A DNA stretch of 64,000 nucleotides, from positions 36,022,001 to 36,086,000 of the forward strand of contig NC_135826.1 in NCBI RefSeq assembly GCF_964213995.1. The letters run 5' to 3'. This document shows positions 46,879 to 60,785 of the stretch, piece after piece. The notes beneath the pieces were generated by a model. That model had not been told where the DNA came from, did not search any database, and saw only the letters and a program-made list of their open reading frames with translations. The translations under genes and the position numbers were made by a program. Position 1 is the first letter of the stretch; each line of letters begins with the position of its first letter. Source of the stretch: Mustelus asterias (Eukaryota).

Positions 46879-49800
46879 ACACCGGGACCACGGGAGGAGG
46901 GTAACTGGGTAACAGTGAGGAAGGAGAAAGCTCAGTTGATGGTGAGCACCCCGGTGGATGTGCCCCTTAATAATAAGTACTCCTGTCTGAGTACTACTGG
47001 GGTGGACAGCCCACCTGGGGGAAGCAGCGGTGGCAGTGTCTCTGGAGCTGAGCCTGGCCCAGTAGTGCAAAAGGGTAAGGAAAGGAGGGTAGTGCTAATT
47101 GGGGACTCTACGGTGAGGGGGTCAGATAGGCGTTTTTGCGGACACAGACGGGACTCTCGGATGGTGGTTTGCCTCCCTGGTGCAGGGGTCCGGGATGTCT
47201 CTGGTCGAGTCCCAGAAATCCTGAAGGGGGAGGGAGAGGAGCCGAAGGTCGTGATGCATATAGGTACTGCTGACATAGGTAGGAAGAGGGAAGGGGTCAT
47301 GAAAAGAGAATATAGGGAGTTAGGTAGACAGCTGAGAAAGAGGAATGCAAAGGTAGTAATCTCGGGATTGCTGCCTGTGCTGCGGGAGAGTGAGAACAGG
47401 AATCGGTGGAGAATGAATGCGTGGCTGAGGGACTGGAGCAAGGGACAAGGATTTGGGTACTTGGATCATTGGGACCTCTTTAGGGGCAGGTGTGACCTGT
47501 TTAAAAAAGACGGGTGGCACTTGAATCCCAGGGGGACCAATATCCTGGCGGGAAGGTTGGCTAAGGCTACTGGAGAGACTTTAAACTAGAAAGGTTGGGG
47601 GGAGGGAATCGAAATGAGGGGACTGAGAGCGAGGAGGTTAGCTCGCAAATAGATAAGGAATGTAAACAGGGTAAGAGGGAGGTTAGACGAGTGATGGAGA
47701 AGGGAAGTGCTCAGGCTGAAGGTCTGAGATGTGTCTATTTTAATGCCAGGAGTGTAGTGAATAAAGTGGATGAGCTTAGAGCGTGGATTGCTGCTTCGAA
47801 TTGTGATGTGGTGGCCATTACGGAGACTTGGATGTCTCAGGGACAGGACTGGGTGCTTCAGGTGCCGGGTTTTAGATGTTTCAGGAAGGACAGGGAGGGA
47901 GGCAAGAGAGGGGGGGGAGTGGCACTGTTGATCAGGGATAGTGTCACGGCTGTAGAGAAGGTGGACGCCGTGGAGGGATTGACTACGGAGTCTCTGTGGG
48001 TGGAGGTTAGGAACAGGAAGGGGTCGGTAACGTTGCTGGGTGTTTTTTATAGGCCGCCCAATAGTAACAGAGATGTTGAGGAGCAGATGGGGAAACAGAT
48101 CCTGGAGAGATGTAGGAATAACAGAGTTGTCGTGATGGGAGATTTTAATTTCCCAAACATAGATTGGAATATCCCTAGGGCTAGGGGTTTGGATGGAGAG
48201 GAGTTTGTTAGGTGTGTCCAGGAGAGTTTCCTGACACAGTATGTGGATAAGCCTACTAGAGGAGAGGCTGTACTTGATCTGGTGCTGGCTAATGAACCTG
48301 GACAGGTGGAGGATCTCTCGGTGGGTGAGCATCTTGGGGATAGCGATCATAATTCTATCTCCTTCACGATAGCATTGGAAAGAGATAGGATCAGGCAGGC
48401 TAGGAAAGTGCTTCTCTGGAGTAAAGGGAAATACAGTGTCATCAGGGAGGAAATTAGACGGGTAAATTGGAAGGAGGCATTCTTGGGGAAAAGTACCGAA
48501 GGAAAGTGGAGGATTTTCAAGGAATGTTTGTCTGGAGCTCTGCATGACAACGTTCCGATGAGACAGGGGGGTGTTGGTAGGGTACGGGAACCGTGGTGCA
48601 CGAAGGTTGTGATGAACCTGGTGAATAAGAAAAGAGAGGCGTACAGAAGGTTCAGAGAGCTAGGAGGTGTTAAGGATTTAGAGGAGTATACGGGATGTAG
48701 GAAGGAGCTTAAGAAGGAAATTAGGAGAGCGAGAAGGGGTCATGAGAAGGCCTTGGCGGGTAAGATTAAGGAGAATCCCAAGGCTTTCTACAAATATGTC
48801 GAGAGTAAAAGGATGAGATGTGAAGGCATAGGACCCTTAAAAGGTGAAGGGGGAAAAGTTTGTGCGGAACCGTTAGAAATGGCGGAGGTGCTTAATGAAT
48901 ACTTTACCTCGGTATTCACGGTGGAAAGGGATCTGGGTGGTTGTACTGCTGGTTTGCGGTGGACAGAAAGGATCGAGCATGTGGACATAAAGAAAGAGGA
49001 TGTGTTGGAACTATTGAATGGCATCAAGGTTGGTAAGTCGCCGGGACCGGATGGGATGTACCCCAGGTTACTGTGGGAGGCGAGGGAGGAGATTGCGGAG
49101 CCTTTGGCGATGATCTTTGCATCGTCGATGGAGACGGGAGAGGTTCCGGAGGATTGGAGGATTGCAGATGTGGTCCCTATATTCAAGAAAGGGAACAGGG
49201 ACAGCCCGGGAAATTACCGACCGGTGAGTCTAACCTCAGTGGTTGGTAAGTTGATGGAGAGGATCCTGAGAGACAGGATTTATGATCATCTAGAGAAGTT
49301 TAGTATGATCAAAAGTAGTCAGCACGGCTTTGTCAAGGGCAGGTCGTGCCTTACGAGCCTGGTTGAGTTCTTTGAAAATGTGACCAAACACATTGACGAA
49401 GGAAGAGCGGTGGATGTGGTCTATATGGACTTCAGCAAGGCGTTCGATAAGGTCCCCCATGCAAGACTTCTTGAGAAAGTGAGAGGGCATGGGATCCAAG
49501 GGGCTGTTGCCTTGTGGATCCAGAACTGGCTTGCCTGCAGAAGGCAGAGAGTGGCTGTGGAGGGGTCTTTTCTGCATGGAGGTCAGTGACCAGTGGAGTG
49601 CCCCAGGGATCTGTTCTGGGACCCTTGCTGTTTGTCATTTTCATAAATGACCTGGATGAGGAAGTGGAGGGATGGGTTGGTAAGTTTGCTGACGACACCA
49701 AGGTAGGTGGTGTGGATAGTTTGGAGGGATGTCAGAAGTTGCAGCGAGACATAGATAGAATGCAAGACTGGGCGGAGAAGTGGCAGATGGACTTCAACCC

Positions 49801-50580
49801 GGATAAGTGTGTGGTGATCCATTTTGGCAGATCCAATGGGATGAAGCAGCAGTATAATATGAAGGGTACCATTCTTAGCAGTGTAGAGGATCAGAAGGAC
49901 CTTGGGGTCCGGGTCCATAGGACTCTTAAATCGGCCTCGCAGGTGGAGGATGCGGTCAAGAAGGCGTACGGCGTACTAGCCTTCATTAATCGAGGGATTG
50001 AGTTTAGGAGTCGGGAGATAATGCTGCAGCTTTATAGGACCCTGGTTAGACCCCACTTGGAGTACTGCGCGCAGTTCTGGTCACCTCATTACAGGAAAGA
50101 TGTTGAAGCCATTGAAAGGGTGCAGAGGAGATTTACAAGGATGTTGCCTGGATTGGGGGGCATGCCTTATGAGGATAGGTTGAGGGAGCTTGGTCTCTTC
50201 TCCCTGGAGAGACGAAGGATGAGAGGTGACCTGATAGAGGTTTACAAGATGTTGAGAGGTCTGGATAGGGTAGACTCTCAGAGGCTATTTCCAAGGGCTG
50301 AAATGGTTGCTACGAGAGGACACAGGTTTAAGGTGCTGGGGGGTAGGTACAGAGGAGATGTCAGGGGTACGTTTTTCACTCAGAGGGTGGTGGGTGAGTG
50401 GAATCGGCTGACGTCGGTGGTGGTGGAGGCAAACTCGTTGGGGTCTTTTAAGAGACTTCTGGATGAGTACATGGGATTTAATGGGATTGAGGGCTATAGA
50501 TAGGCCTAGAGGTGGGGATGTGATCGGCGCAACTTGTGGGCCGAAGGGCCTGTTTGTGCTGTGGCTTTCTATGTTCTATG
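46879..50580 (+). mobile_element. Young CR1 (HER1-like) LINE, 5'-truncated within ORF1
   Basis: ORF1 46915-47589 with SGNH esterase motifs (IGDS, HIGT.D, DGWHLN); ORF2 47595-50503 with APE endonuclease (VAITETW, MGDFN, SDHN) and RT (PQGSVLGP, FADD), broken by one frameshift near 49570; (TTCTATG)n tail. Confidence 0.95.
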
Positions 50581-52789
50581 TCTGTTGATTTGTGTGCTGT
50601 CCATGAGGGTGCGCTCTTTCTGTGTGCCAGTGGTGACTATATCACCTTTTACTTTTTTGTGATTGCCTTATGACCGCATTGATGGGAGCACTGCCAGCTG
50701 TGGCCTACTGGCCAGGGAAGTGAAGCTGCCAACTTTTAAGACGTATTTTCTATAGGGTGGTAATAGTAGGGGATTTTAACTTTACCAACATTGACTGGGA
50801 CAGACATAGTATTAGAGGGTTGAATGGAGAGAAATTTGTTGAGTGTGTTCAGGAGGAATTTCTCATTCAGTATGTGGTTGGCCCGACCAGAGAGGGGGCA
50901 AAACTTGACCTCCTCTTGGGCAATAAAGAAGGGCAGATGACAGAAGTATTAGTGAGGAATCACTTTGGGACTAGTGACCATAATTCCATTAGTTTTAAGA
51001 TAGCTATGGAGAATGATAGGTCTGGCCCAAAAGTTAAAATTCTAAATTGGGGCAAGGCCAATTTTGATGGTATCAGGCAGGAACTTTCAGAAGTTAATTG
51101 GGGGAGTCTGGGAAGGCAAAGGGACGTCTGGTAAGTGGGAGGCTTTCAAAAGTGTGTTCATCAGGGTAAGTACATTCCTCTTAGAGTGAAAGGCAAGGCT
51201 GGCAGAAGTAGGGAACACTGGATGACTCGGGATATTGAGGCCCTGGTCAAGAAGAAGGAGGCTCATGACATGCATAGGCAACTGGAATCGTGTGAATCCC
51301 TTGAAGAGTATAGAGGGTGTAGGAATAGAGTTAAGAGAAAAATCAGGAGGGCAAAAAGGGGACACGAGATCTTTTGGTAGATAAGGCAAAGGAGAATCCA
51401 AAGAGCTTGTCCAAATACATAAAAGGCAAAAGAGTAACAAGGGAGAGAGTAGGGTCTCTTAAGGATCAACAAGGTCATCTATGTGCGGATCCACAAGAGA
51501 TGGGTGAGATCCTAAATGAATATTTCTCATCTGTATTTGCTGTTGAGAAAAGCATGGATGTTAGGAAATTTGGGAAATCAATAGTGATGAATGGAGGAGT
51601 GTACATATTACAGAGAAGGAGGTGTGGAAGCCTTAAAGCGCATCAAGGTAGATAAATCCCCGGGACCTGATGAAGTGTATCCCAGGACATTGTGGGAGGC
51701 TGAGGAGGAAATTGCGGGTCCCCTCGCCGAAGTATTTGAATCATCGATAATCACGGGTGAGGTGCCTGAAGATTGGAAGGTGGCAAATGTTGTGCCTTTT
51801 TTTAATAAGGCTGCAGGGAAAAGCCTGGGAACTACAGGCCAGTGAGCCTCGCATCTGTAGTGGGTAAGTTGTTAGAAGGTATTTTGAGAGACAGGATCTA
51901 CAGGCATTTAGAGATGCAAGGACTGATTAGGGACAGTCAGCATGGCTTTGAGAGTGGAAAATCATGTCTCTCAAATTTGATTGAATTTTTTGAAGGAGGT
52001 AGATGAGGGCAGTGCAGGTGATGTCTACATGGACGTTAGCAAGGCCTTTGACAAGGTACCACATGGTAGATTGTTGCATAAGGTTAGATCTCACAGGATC
52101 CAGGGTGAGGTATCTAAATGGATACAAAACTGGCTTCTTGACAGAAGCCAGAGGATGGTTGTAGAGGGTTGTTTTTCAAACTGGAGGCCTGTGACCAGCG
52201 GTGTGCCTCAGGGATCAGTGCTGGGTCCACTGTTATTTGTCATTTATATTAATGATTTGGATGAGAATATAGGAGGCATGGTTAATAAGTTTGCAGATGA
52301 CACCAAGATTGGTGGCGTAGTGGATGGTGAAGAAAGTTATCTCGGATTGCAATGGGGTCTTGATCAATTGGGCCAGTGGGCTGACGAATGGCAGATGGAG
52401 TTTAATTTGGGTAAATGCGAGGTGATACATTTTGGTAGATTGAACCAGGGCAGAACTTACTCAGTTAATGGTAGGGCACTGGGGAGAGTTACAGAACAAA
52501 GAGATCTAGGGGTACATGTTCATAACTCCCTGAAAGTGGAGTCACCGGTGGACAGTGGTGAAGAAGGCATTCAGCATGCTTGGTTTCATTGGTCAGAACA
52601 TTGAATACAGGAGTTGGGACGTCTTGTTGAAGTTGTACAAGACATTGGTAAGGCCACACTTGGAGTACTGTGTACAGTTCTGGTCACCTTATTATAGAAA
52701 GGGTAGTATTAAACTAGAAGGAGTGCAGAAAAGATTTATAAGGATGCTACCGGGACTTGATGGTTTGAGTTATAAGGAGAGGCTGGATA

Positions 52790-53822
52790 GAACATAGAAT
52801 AGTACAGCACAGAACAGGCCCTTCGGCCCACAATGTTGTGCCGAGCTTTATCTGAAACCAAGATCAAGCTATCCCACTCCCTATCATCCTGGTGTACTCC
52901 ATGTGCCTATCTAATAACCGCTTAAATGTTCCTAAAGTGTCTGACTCCACTATCACTGCAGGCAGTCCATTCCACACCCCAACCACTCTCTGCGTAAAGA
53001 ACCTACCTCTGATGTCCTTCCTATATCTCCCACCATGAACCCTTGTTATGCCCCCTTGTAATAGCTCCATCCACCCAAGGAAATAGTCTTTGAACGTTCA
53101 CTCTATCTATCCCCTTCATCATTTTATAAACCTCTATTAAGTCTCCCCTCAGCCTCCTCCGCTCCAGAGAGAACAGCCCTAGCTCCCTCAACCTTTCCTC
53201 ATAAGAACCTCCAAACCAGGCAGCACCCTGGTAAATCTCCTCTGCACTCTTTCCAGCGCTTCCACATCCTTCTTATAGTGAGGTGACCAGAACTGCACAC
53301 AATATTCCAAATGTGGTCTCACCAAGGTCCTGTACAGTTGCAGCATAACCCCACGGCTCTTAAACTCCAACCCCCTGTTAATAAAAGCTAACACACTATA
53401 GGCCTTCTTCACAGCTCTATCCACTTGAGTGGCAACCTTTAGAGATCTGTGGATATGGACCCCAAGATCTCTCTGTTCCTCCACAGTCTTCAAAACCCTA
53501 CCTTTGACCCTGTAATCCACATTTAAATTAGTCCTACCAACATGAATCACCTCACATTTATCAGGGTTAAACTCCATTTGCCATTTTTCAGCCCAGCTTT
53601 GCATCCTATCTATGTCTCTTTGCAGCCTACAACAGCCATCCACCTCATCCACTACTCCACCAATCTTGGTGTCATCAGCAAATTTACTGATCCACCCTTC
53701 AGCCCCCTCCTCTAAGTCATTAATAAAAATCACAAAGAGCAGAGGACCAAGCACTGATCCCTGTGGCACTTCACTAGCAACCTGCCTCCAGTCAGAAAAT
53801 TTTCCATCCACCACCAACCTCT
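52790..53822 (-). mobile_element. CR1 LINE 3' fragment nested antisense in the older CR1
   Basis: ORF 53188-53817 with RT motifs; tail matches the 15995-16693 copy. Confidence 0.9.
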
Positions 53823-54132
53823 GGTGGAGACTGGAACTTTTTTCTCTGGAGCGTAGAAGGCTGAGGGTGATCTTATAGAGGTCTATAAAATAATAAAGGG
53901 CATAGATCAGCTAGACAATCAATATCTTTTCCCAAAGGTAGGGGAGTCTAAAACTAGAGGGCATAGGTTTACGGTGAGAGGGGAGATGTACAAAAGGGTC
54001 CAGAGGAGCAATTTTTTCACAGAGGGTGGTGAGTGTCTGGAACAAGCTGCCGGTGGTAGTAGTAGAGGCGGGTACAATTTTGTCTTTTAAAAAGCATTTA
54101 AACAGTTACATGGGTAAGATGGGTATAAAGGA

Positions 54133-54470
54133 ATCATAGAATCCTACAGTGCAGAAAGAGGCCATTCAGCCCATCGAGTCTGCACCAACCACAATCCCAC
54201 CCAGGCCCTATCCACATATCCCTACATATTTACCCACTAATCCCTCTAACCTATGCATGCCGGGACACTAAGGGGCAATTTAGAATGGCCAATCAACCTA
54301 GCCCGCACATCTTTGGACTGTGGGAGGAAACCGGAGTACCCGGAGGAAACCCACGCAGACACGAGGAGAATGTGCAAACTCCACACAGACAGCGACCCGA
54401 GCCGGGATTCGAACCCGGGTCCCTGGAGCTGTGAAGCAGCAGTGCTAACCACTGTGCTACCGTGCCGCCC
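54133..54470 (-). mobile_element. SINE type A nested in a CR1 3' end
   Basis: Full head gggcggcacggtagcacagtgg on the minus strand; CR1 resumes at 54471. Confidence 0.88.
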
Positions 54471-56154
54471 CATGTGGGCCAAATGCAGGCAATTGGGATT
54501 AGCTTAGGGATTTAAAAAAAAAAAGGGTGGCATGGATAAGTTGGGCCGGAGGGCTTGTTTCCATGCGGTAAACCTCTATGACTCTAACCCCTTCGTCATA
54601 CGAGGAAGCTGAGCAATATAGCCCTGTTCAGTTGCTCAGGGCTGTCGAGTTCCATTACCTCAGTACAGTGTAAAACAACTCTCTGGGCTAAACTACCTTT
54701 CTGCAGATTCACAGCTCAAAATCCCAGTGAATTCACACTTGCCGTCGTGTTGCCCACTTATCGGCGCATGATTCTTGATGGGTAGATAATACATGGTAAA
54801 TAAAAAGATGGTGAACATGACTTGTGTGCGAATTGGATTATAGTGAGCAAGGGTTGCTTCTTGTCAGCCTCACTCTCTTATCCTTACTTATCTTGATCCA
54901 TGGTGAGATGAGACTAGACAGCTGGAGATAAATCTGGATGTAGTGAGTAACCAGGACGTCTTTATCTTGTCGAGCTCTGCACATTCCACAACATAGTGCT
55001 TACCGACCTTCAAGACCTCACATTGGTCGCATTGCCCAGTTTGGGGACGTCCACCTTCGCATGCCAAGGTAGACCAATCTCTAGATTGCTGAGAATAGGA
55101 GACCAGATGGCTACTCTCGCCTGGTTTGGCCAAGCCATTGGAAGAGTTTCCTGGGGTATGGCCCCTGTTGCATGCAAACAATACTTGGAGCCACAAGCAA
55201 AAGCTGGGTGATGGTGAGGGTAAATACAGGATAAGCAACTCCCAAAATTTGCAGTGAGCACGTTATGAGAGGCACCAACCCACCCTTGTATTCTGCCTCC
55301 AATTATAGGATTATTCCCTAATACGATCAGGCTCCTATCGCACTGATCCAATTTTTACTTACGGTGTTCATGTGTACTCTTTCTCTTCCCCTGCCATTGT
55401 CCTGTGTTAGATTTAAATCAGCATTGTTTAAGCACACTGAATGTGTTGGGATGAGCTACAAGTGGAATCAATCCTGAGGGAGCTGCGCTTGAATTTGCTA
55501 CGTACTCAATTGAGATCCTTTTGGCATTCGGAAAATAATTCTATACATTGCAGTCTATTAAGTATCTGTATGTCCTAAGATTGTGGAAGGCACTATAAAA
55601 AAACACATCTTTCTTTATTAGCTAATTGAAGGTTCTGTAAATTGTTGGGATCTGATTCCATTGGATGGCTCACGTGTCTAACCTGCCTCACTCTTTAAAT
55701 ATAACTGGTATATATGTGAGTTTAGGAGTGTCCGGCGTTGGGAGGCCAGCAATGCTGCAATTGCCAGTATGAGCGGTGAAGGTAATCCATCCTGTTTTCA
55801 GATGTAAAGTTAACTTAGATGCTATTCGCTGCTTTGCATGCTGCTGATACCAATGCCAATATATTTATTTTATAGGGCTACCTTCTTGGTCATCAACAAT
55901 TGTAAAGTATAGTGTGCCAACTCTGGCAGTCACTTACATGGGTCATCTTAAAAAGCAGGATCTGCATGAATACAGTGTAATGGACAGCTGCAATGGACGC
56001 AGTCACTGTGATGGGAACCATTAGGATGACTGGCTAATGGGCATGGGATAAGTGAACAATGACACCTTGCATTTATGTGGCTTTTTATGTTTAACATAAA
56101 ATATTCTAAAGTGTTTAAAGGGGTGTTTACAGGGGTGTTATAAAGCAACATTTG

Positions 56155-56340
56155 TTTAAGGTTTATTTATTAGCGTCACAAGTAGGCTTACATTATCACT
56201 GCAATGAAGTTACTGTAAAAATCCCCCTAGTCGCCACACTCCAGCGCTAATTCGGGTACAGTGAGGGAGAACTTAGCACGGCTGATGCATTTACCGGCAC
56301 ATCTTTCGGTCTGTAGGAGGAAACCGGAGCACCTGGAGGA
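56155..56340 (-). mobile_element. SINE type B, 5'-truncated
   Basis: Tail and part of the core. Confidence 0.75.
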
Positions 56341-56944
56341 TACTTATTTCTTCAAATGTTATCTTGCTCATCTTAACTTTTAAATTGAATCCCATAGTCC
56401 TCAAATAGTATAAGGAAGGGAAGAACCATTTGTATCCCCCAAAGTTTCCACATCTGCAAACATGTTTAATGACTTTTAACAAGTCTGTTTCCACCCCATT
56501 CCCTGAAAACTTTCCTCCAGGGAACAAAGTCCTTGGGTAAATGATCTTTTTTTCATATTTATCTGTTTGGCACTTGACATATTGTAAACTTATTTTTTTC
56601 AGCTTCATTTCACTTACTTTGTTATGTCAACGATTCTACCTGAGTTTGCATAATCGTTTAATCTCTGGTATTAAACAGTGACATTGAGCTTGCATAAGAG
56701 TGGATTCACAAAGCTTAAGACTTAAGAAAAGCTTCCATCTTGCTCCTGGGTTTGCTACTAATGAGGCATTGATAACTTTCCTTCTTTAGTAGGGTCGTCT
56801 GAATGAAGACATGCTGGCCTGCTTAGGAAAAATACTAGAGCTGTATAGGGCCTACTGGAATTATGTACTGAATCTCTGGAGAGGGGAGGCATACCGGACA
56901 ATCTGGGTACCCCAGTGACTGAATGTGTTTGGTTTCTCTGACAG

Positions 56945-57029
56945 GAGCTGTTTGTTGAAGTGATCGCAAAGGATGCGTACACGTCCGCTTTGCAGGGAAA
57001 GCGGAAAACCATCCAAAGGAAGGACGTGG
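56945..57029 (+). CDS. POLE4: POLE4 exon 2
   Basis: tttctctgacAG acceptor; ELFVEVIAKDAYTSALQGKRKTIQRKDV; GTAAG donor; 85 nt. Confidence 0.93.
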
Positions 57030-57247
57030 GTAAGACTGCCAGCAGTGCCTGTTATGTCAGACTCTTACCAGAGCAGACACCAGGGTCTTAGTTCTTGGGA
57101 TTTTTGTGTGTGTGAATGATTGGATTTTGATCTATTGAGCTTATCTGGGGTGCGGGAATGGTCGCTTTGGTGAAATAGTCAATTGTGGTTATGATTGGAA
57201 GTTGTCCATGTTGTTGAATGATGCCTTTCTTTTTATTCCTCCTTCAG

Positions 57248-57289
57248 ATAATGCAGTTGATGCCACGGACGAATTTGCATTTTTGGAAG
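57248..57289 (+). CDS. POLE4: POLE4 exon 3
   Basis: cctccttcAG acceptor; DNAVDATDEFAFLE; GTGAG donor; 42 nt. Confidence 0.92.
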
Positions 57290-57526
57290 GTGAGTGCTTC
57301 CTCCCTCTGTTTAGCAATCGGTGCCTTTGTTCTGGCAGGTTCTTGCTGCCATTACTTGGTTCCTTCTTAATTCATGGACACTGGAGAGCACAAAACAAAC
57401 TGATGATACAACTCGGCCAGTAGAGGAGGCATTGTTGCTGCAAGTTGCCTCAGACACAGTTACCTTGAGTTGAGGGACTGATGTAAAGGCTTAAACGTTG
57501 CGAATTGCACAAACTATCTGACCTGT

Positions 57527-57870
57527 TCATAGAAATCACAGAAACCCTACAGTACAGAAAGAGGCCATTCGGCCCATCGAGTCTGCACCGACCACAATCC
57601 CACCCAGGCCCTACCCCCATATCCCTACATATTTTACCCGCTAATCCCTCTAATCTACGCATCCCAGGACACTAAGGGGCAATTTTAGCATGGCCAATCA
57701 ACCTAACCCGCACATCTTTGGACTGTGGGAGGAAACCGGAGCACCCGGAGGAAATCCACGCAGACACGAGGAGAATTTGCAAACTCCACACAGACAGTGA
57801 CCCAAGCCGGGAATGGAACCCAGGTCCCTGGAGCTGTGAAGCAGCAGTGCTAACCACTGTGCTACCGTGC
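57527..57870 (-). mobile_element. SINE type A in POLE4 intron 3
   Basis: Same consensus motifs on the reverse strand. Confidence 0.88.
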
Positions 57871-59656
57871 CGGTGGTTGTGGAAGATTGTTAATCAATCT
57901 TCCACAACCACCGATGTAATCTATTCCTAACTGTTGATGTGGTCCCTACTTTAATCAGATTTTGATAATACATTCCACAGTTTTTTAAGTTCTACATCTT
58001 TTTGCGTTTAATCTTTTACCTATGTCCCCATATGCACAAGGAGCAGGAGTAGGCCATTCAGCCCCTCAAGCCTGCTCCACCATTTCATAAGATTATGGCT
58101 GATCTGTTAGTAACCTCAAATCTGCATCACACCTACCCCCGGTAACCTATCACCCCTGATCACCAAGAATTTATCCACCTCTGCGTTAAAAAATATGCAA
58201 AAGCTTCTGCTTCCACTAACTTTCAGGTCTAATGTGGAGTTAAGGATTTTCTGGTCAGTCATGATCTCATAGAACGGCGGAGCTGACTTGATGAGCCGAA
58301 CGGTCTCCTGCTCCTAGGTTTTATGGTTTTAAGAGAGTTCCAGAAGATTCAGAGAGAGAAAAAAATGAATCTCATCTCTGTTTTAAATGGGCAATCTCTT
58401 ATTTTTTTAAACAGTGACCACTAGTTTCAGAATCTCCAATAAAGGAAACATCCTCTCCAAGTCCACCCTGTCAAGACCCCTCGGGAAGCTTATGTTTCTA
58501 GACTCAATTGCTTTAAATATTTTCTATCCACTGTCTCACCCTTTCATAATTTTAAGCACTTATCAGTACACTTATAATAGCACAATGGGTGTGCCTGCAC
58601 CGAATGGACTGCAGCAGTTCAAGAAGGCGCCTCACAAGCCCCTTTTTGAGGACAATTGCGGCTGGGCAAGAATTGCTGGCCTTACCAGTGAGACGCTCAT
58701 CCCGTGAAAGAGAAAAAAAACCTTAAATTCATAGAGTTTCATAGAATCCTACAGTGCAAAAGGAGGCCATTCGGCCCATCGAGTCAGCACCGACCACTAT
58801 CCCACTCAGGCGCTATCCCTACAACCCCATGCATTTGCCCTAGCTAGTCCCCCTTATTATTATTCTTCCTTTAGAAATGAGAGTGGGGCATCTTTCATTA
58901 TCACATTATAATGTTTCAAGTCTTGTCTTTACATTTGCATTTTTACATATATGGCAGCAATCCAGTAACCCCCCTCCCCTCAGTTGTTTCAACATCCTTC
59001 TATACCGTAAGCCCCAAAACTGAATTGTACCCAATTGTGACTTTATGGTTTAATTAACCATTCTGTTGTTGACTCTTCTATATCTCTCGAAACCTAATAC
59101 TCTGTTAGCTTTTCTCGTATGGTCCTATCCTGCTGCTTTTAATGTCTTGTAATCCTGAACTCCAAACAACCTTGCTTATCCGCGTCGCCTGGCCTCCACT
59201 TCAATTAATAAGTCATTACACTTCAACCTCGCTTCCCTCTCACAAACAATTTAAAAGTAATTAATTGGCTGCGCACTACTTTGAGATGTGGGGATATCGT
59301 TCACTTGAAACCTTAATGCTGTTTAATTCTCCACAAATACTGTCTGACCCGCGATTTGCAGCATTTTGTTTGTTCGAGCACCTGCAATATTTTGGGTTGG
59401 ATTTAATCTCTTTCCCTGTCTCTTAAGCCTTTTCCCTTCTGTATATGGTGTCTCACTCGCCTTCATAATTTGATTGTTCCAACTCCCTAAATTCCATTGG
59501 TAAGGAATGTCTTCATCCTTACTTTCCCAGGTTCTGGTGGTGCTGTTGCAATACCAGAAAGGTTGAGACAACAAGTCACTGTTTTTGGGGCTGGCATTTT
59601 GTTATATCTGCTTATTCGTACGTTCCAGAGAATTTCAATACACTTTATTCTTCCAG

Positions 59657-59670
59657 GAACTCTCGATTGA
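59657..59670 (+). CDS. POLE4: POLE4 exon 4 (stop)
   Basis: ttcttccAG acceptor; completes (G)TLD*, the known POLE4 C-terminus FAFLEGTLD; total 348 nt; ATTAAA at 59823-59828. Confidence 0.85.
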
Positions 59671-60554
59671 ACTGGAACCGATCTTGACTAGAGGCCAAAT
59701 TAACTGTAGATGGGAGAGTTGTTCAGAGATTCTCATTTTGTAAGTGTGTGTACATTTTGTATAATATGTAAAAAGGGTGTTGTACCTGTTTAGCAATTGA
59801 TATCGGGTTTGAATGTTTGCAGATTAAATGACTACATTAAGAAGCTTCTGTAATTTTTATCTTGAATATTACCCTTGACCACAAGGCCTTTCAGTCATGC
59901 TGCTGGTGGGGCTAGCATGTGATTGTACAGAAGAAAATCCCAATACGATTAGATGGGATCAATAGCTTACAGAATAGATGATCTCTTGGAATATAATTCT
60001 AATAATACACCGCTAGCTAGCATCACCACCCAATGACGCATGCCATCTTAGTAGGTGTGACGATGTTACGAAAAGTTAGCACTGCAATATAAAATCACTG
60101 GCTTTTACACAATTACAAATACATAGCAGGATCCGATCTGAAACCTGTACTGCTGATGAACAGAGGAAGACTCGAAGGGTAACTGAACTTGCGGCTAATT
60201 CTAACCTGAAACTTATTCCGAGGGGCCCACTATTCTATCCAGATCGTAATAGTTTCTACCTCAGTTCATTATCTTTCTGTATTGTAGGAGGATGGTATGT
60301 GTTAAATAATGATTGTATGTAAGTTTGTCAGACATTTCAATTCACTGTTGTGTTTATACCATCTGAAGTCGCCTTTGTGCTGCACAAGTGCCAAACCTCA
60401 ATTAACACACTTTTGTATCCTTCTCCTCTTGAACCAAAATCACTCCACCACACCCTGCTCCATTGTTCTTGCTTGTCTACCTGTTCTGTAGCACAGGGAA
60501 TTATTTGCCATGTGTATCTAAGAATAATGCACTTGCTTAGTTTTTCAAAAAATT

Positions 60555-60785
60555 ATTTTATTGTCACAAGTAGGCAATGAAGTTACTGTGAAAATCCCCT
60601 AGTCGCCACACTCCAGTGCCTGTTTTGGTACACTGAGGGAGAATTTAGCACAGCCGATGCACCTAACCAGCATGTCTTTCGGACTGTGGGAGGAAACCAG
60701 AGCACCCGGAGGAAACACACGCAGACTCCACACAGACAGTGACCCAAACTGGGAATTTAACCCAGGTCTGTGAGGCAGCAGTGCC
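60555..60785 (-). mobile_element. SINE type B
   Basis: Tail, core and partial head. Confidence 0.8.

Larger units (their letters stand above)
50755..54586 (+). mobile_element. Older CR1 LINE (ORF2, many frameshifts) interrupted by an antisense CR1 and a SINE
   Basis: GDFN, SDHN, PQGSVLGP, FADD and VRPHLEYCVQFWSP fragments; resumes at about 53825 and 54471; ends aacctctatgactcta. Confidence 0.9.

Noticed and set aside
60152-60180. CTGATGA...CGAA hammerhead-like string in the POLE4 3' region
   Set aside because: No GAAA box and no convincing stem I or II.
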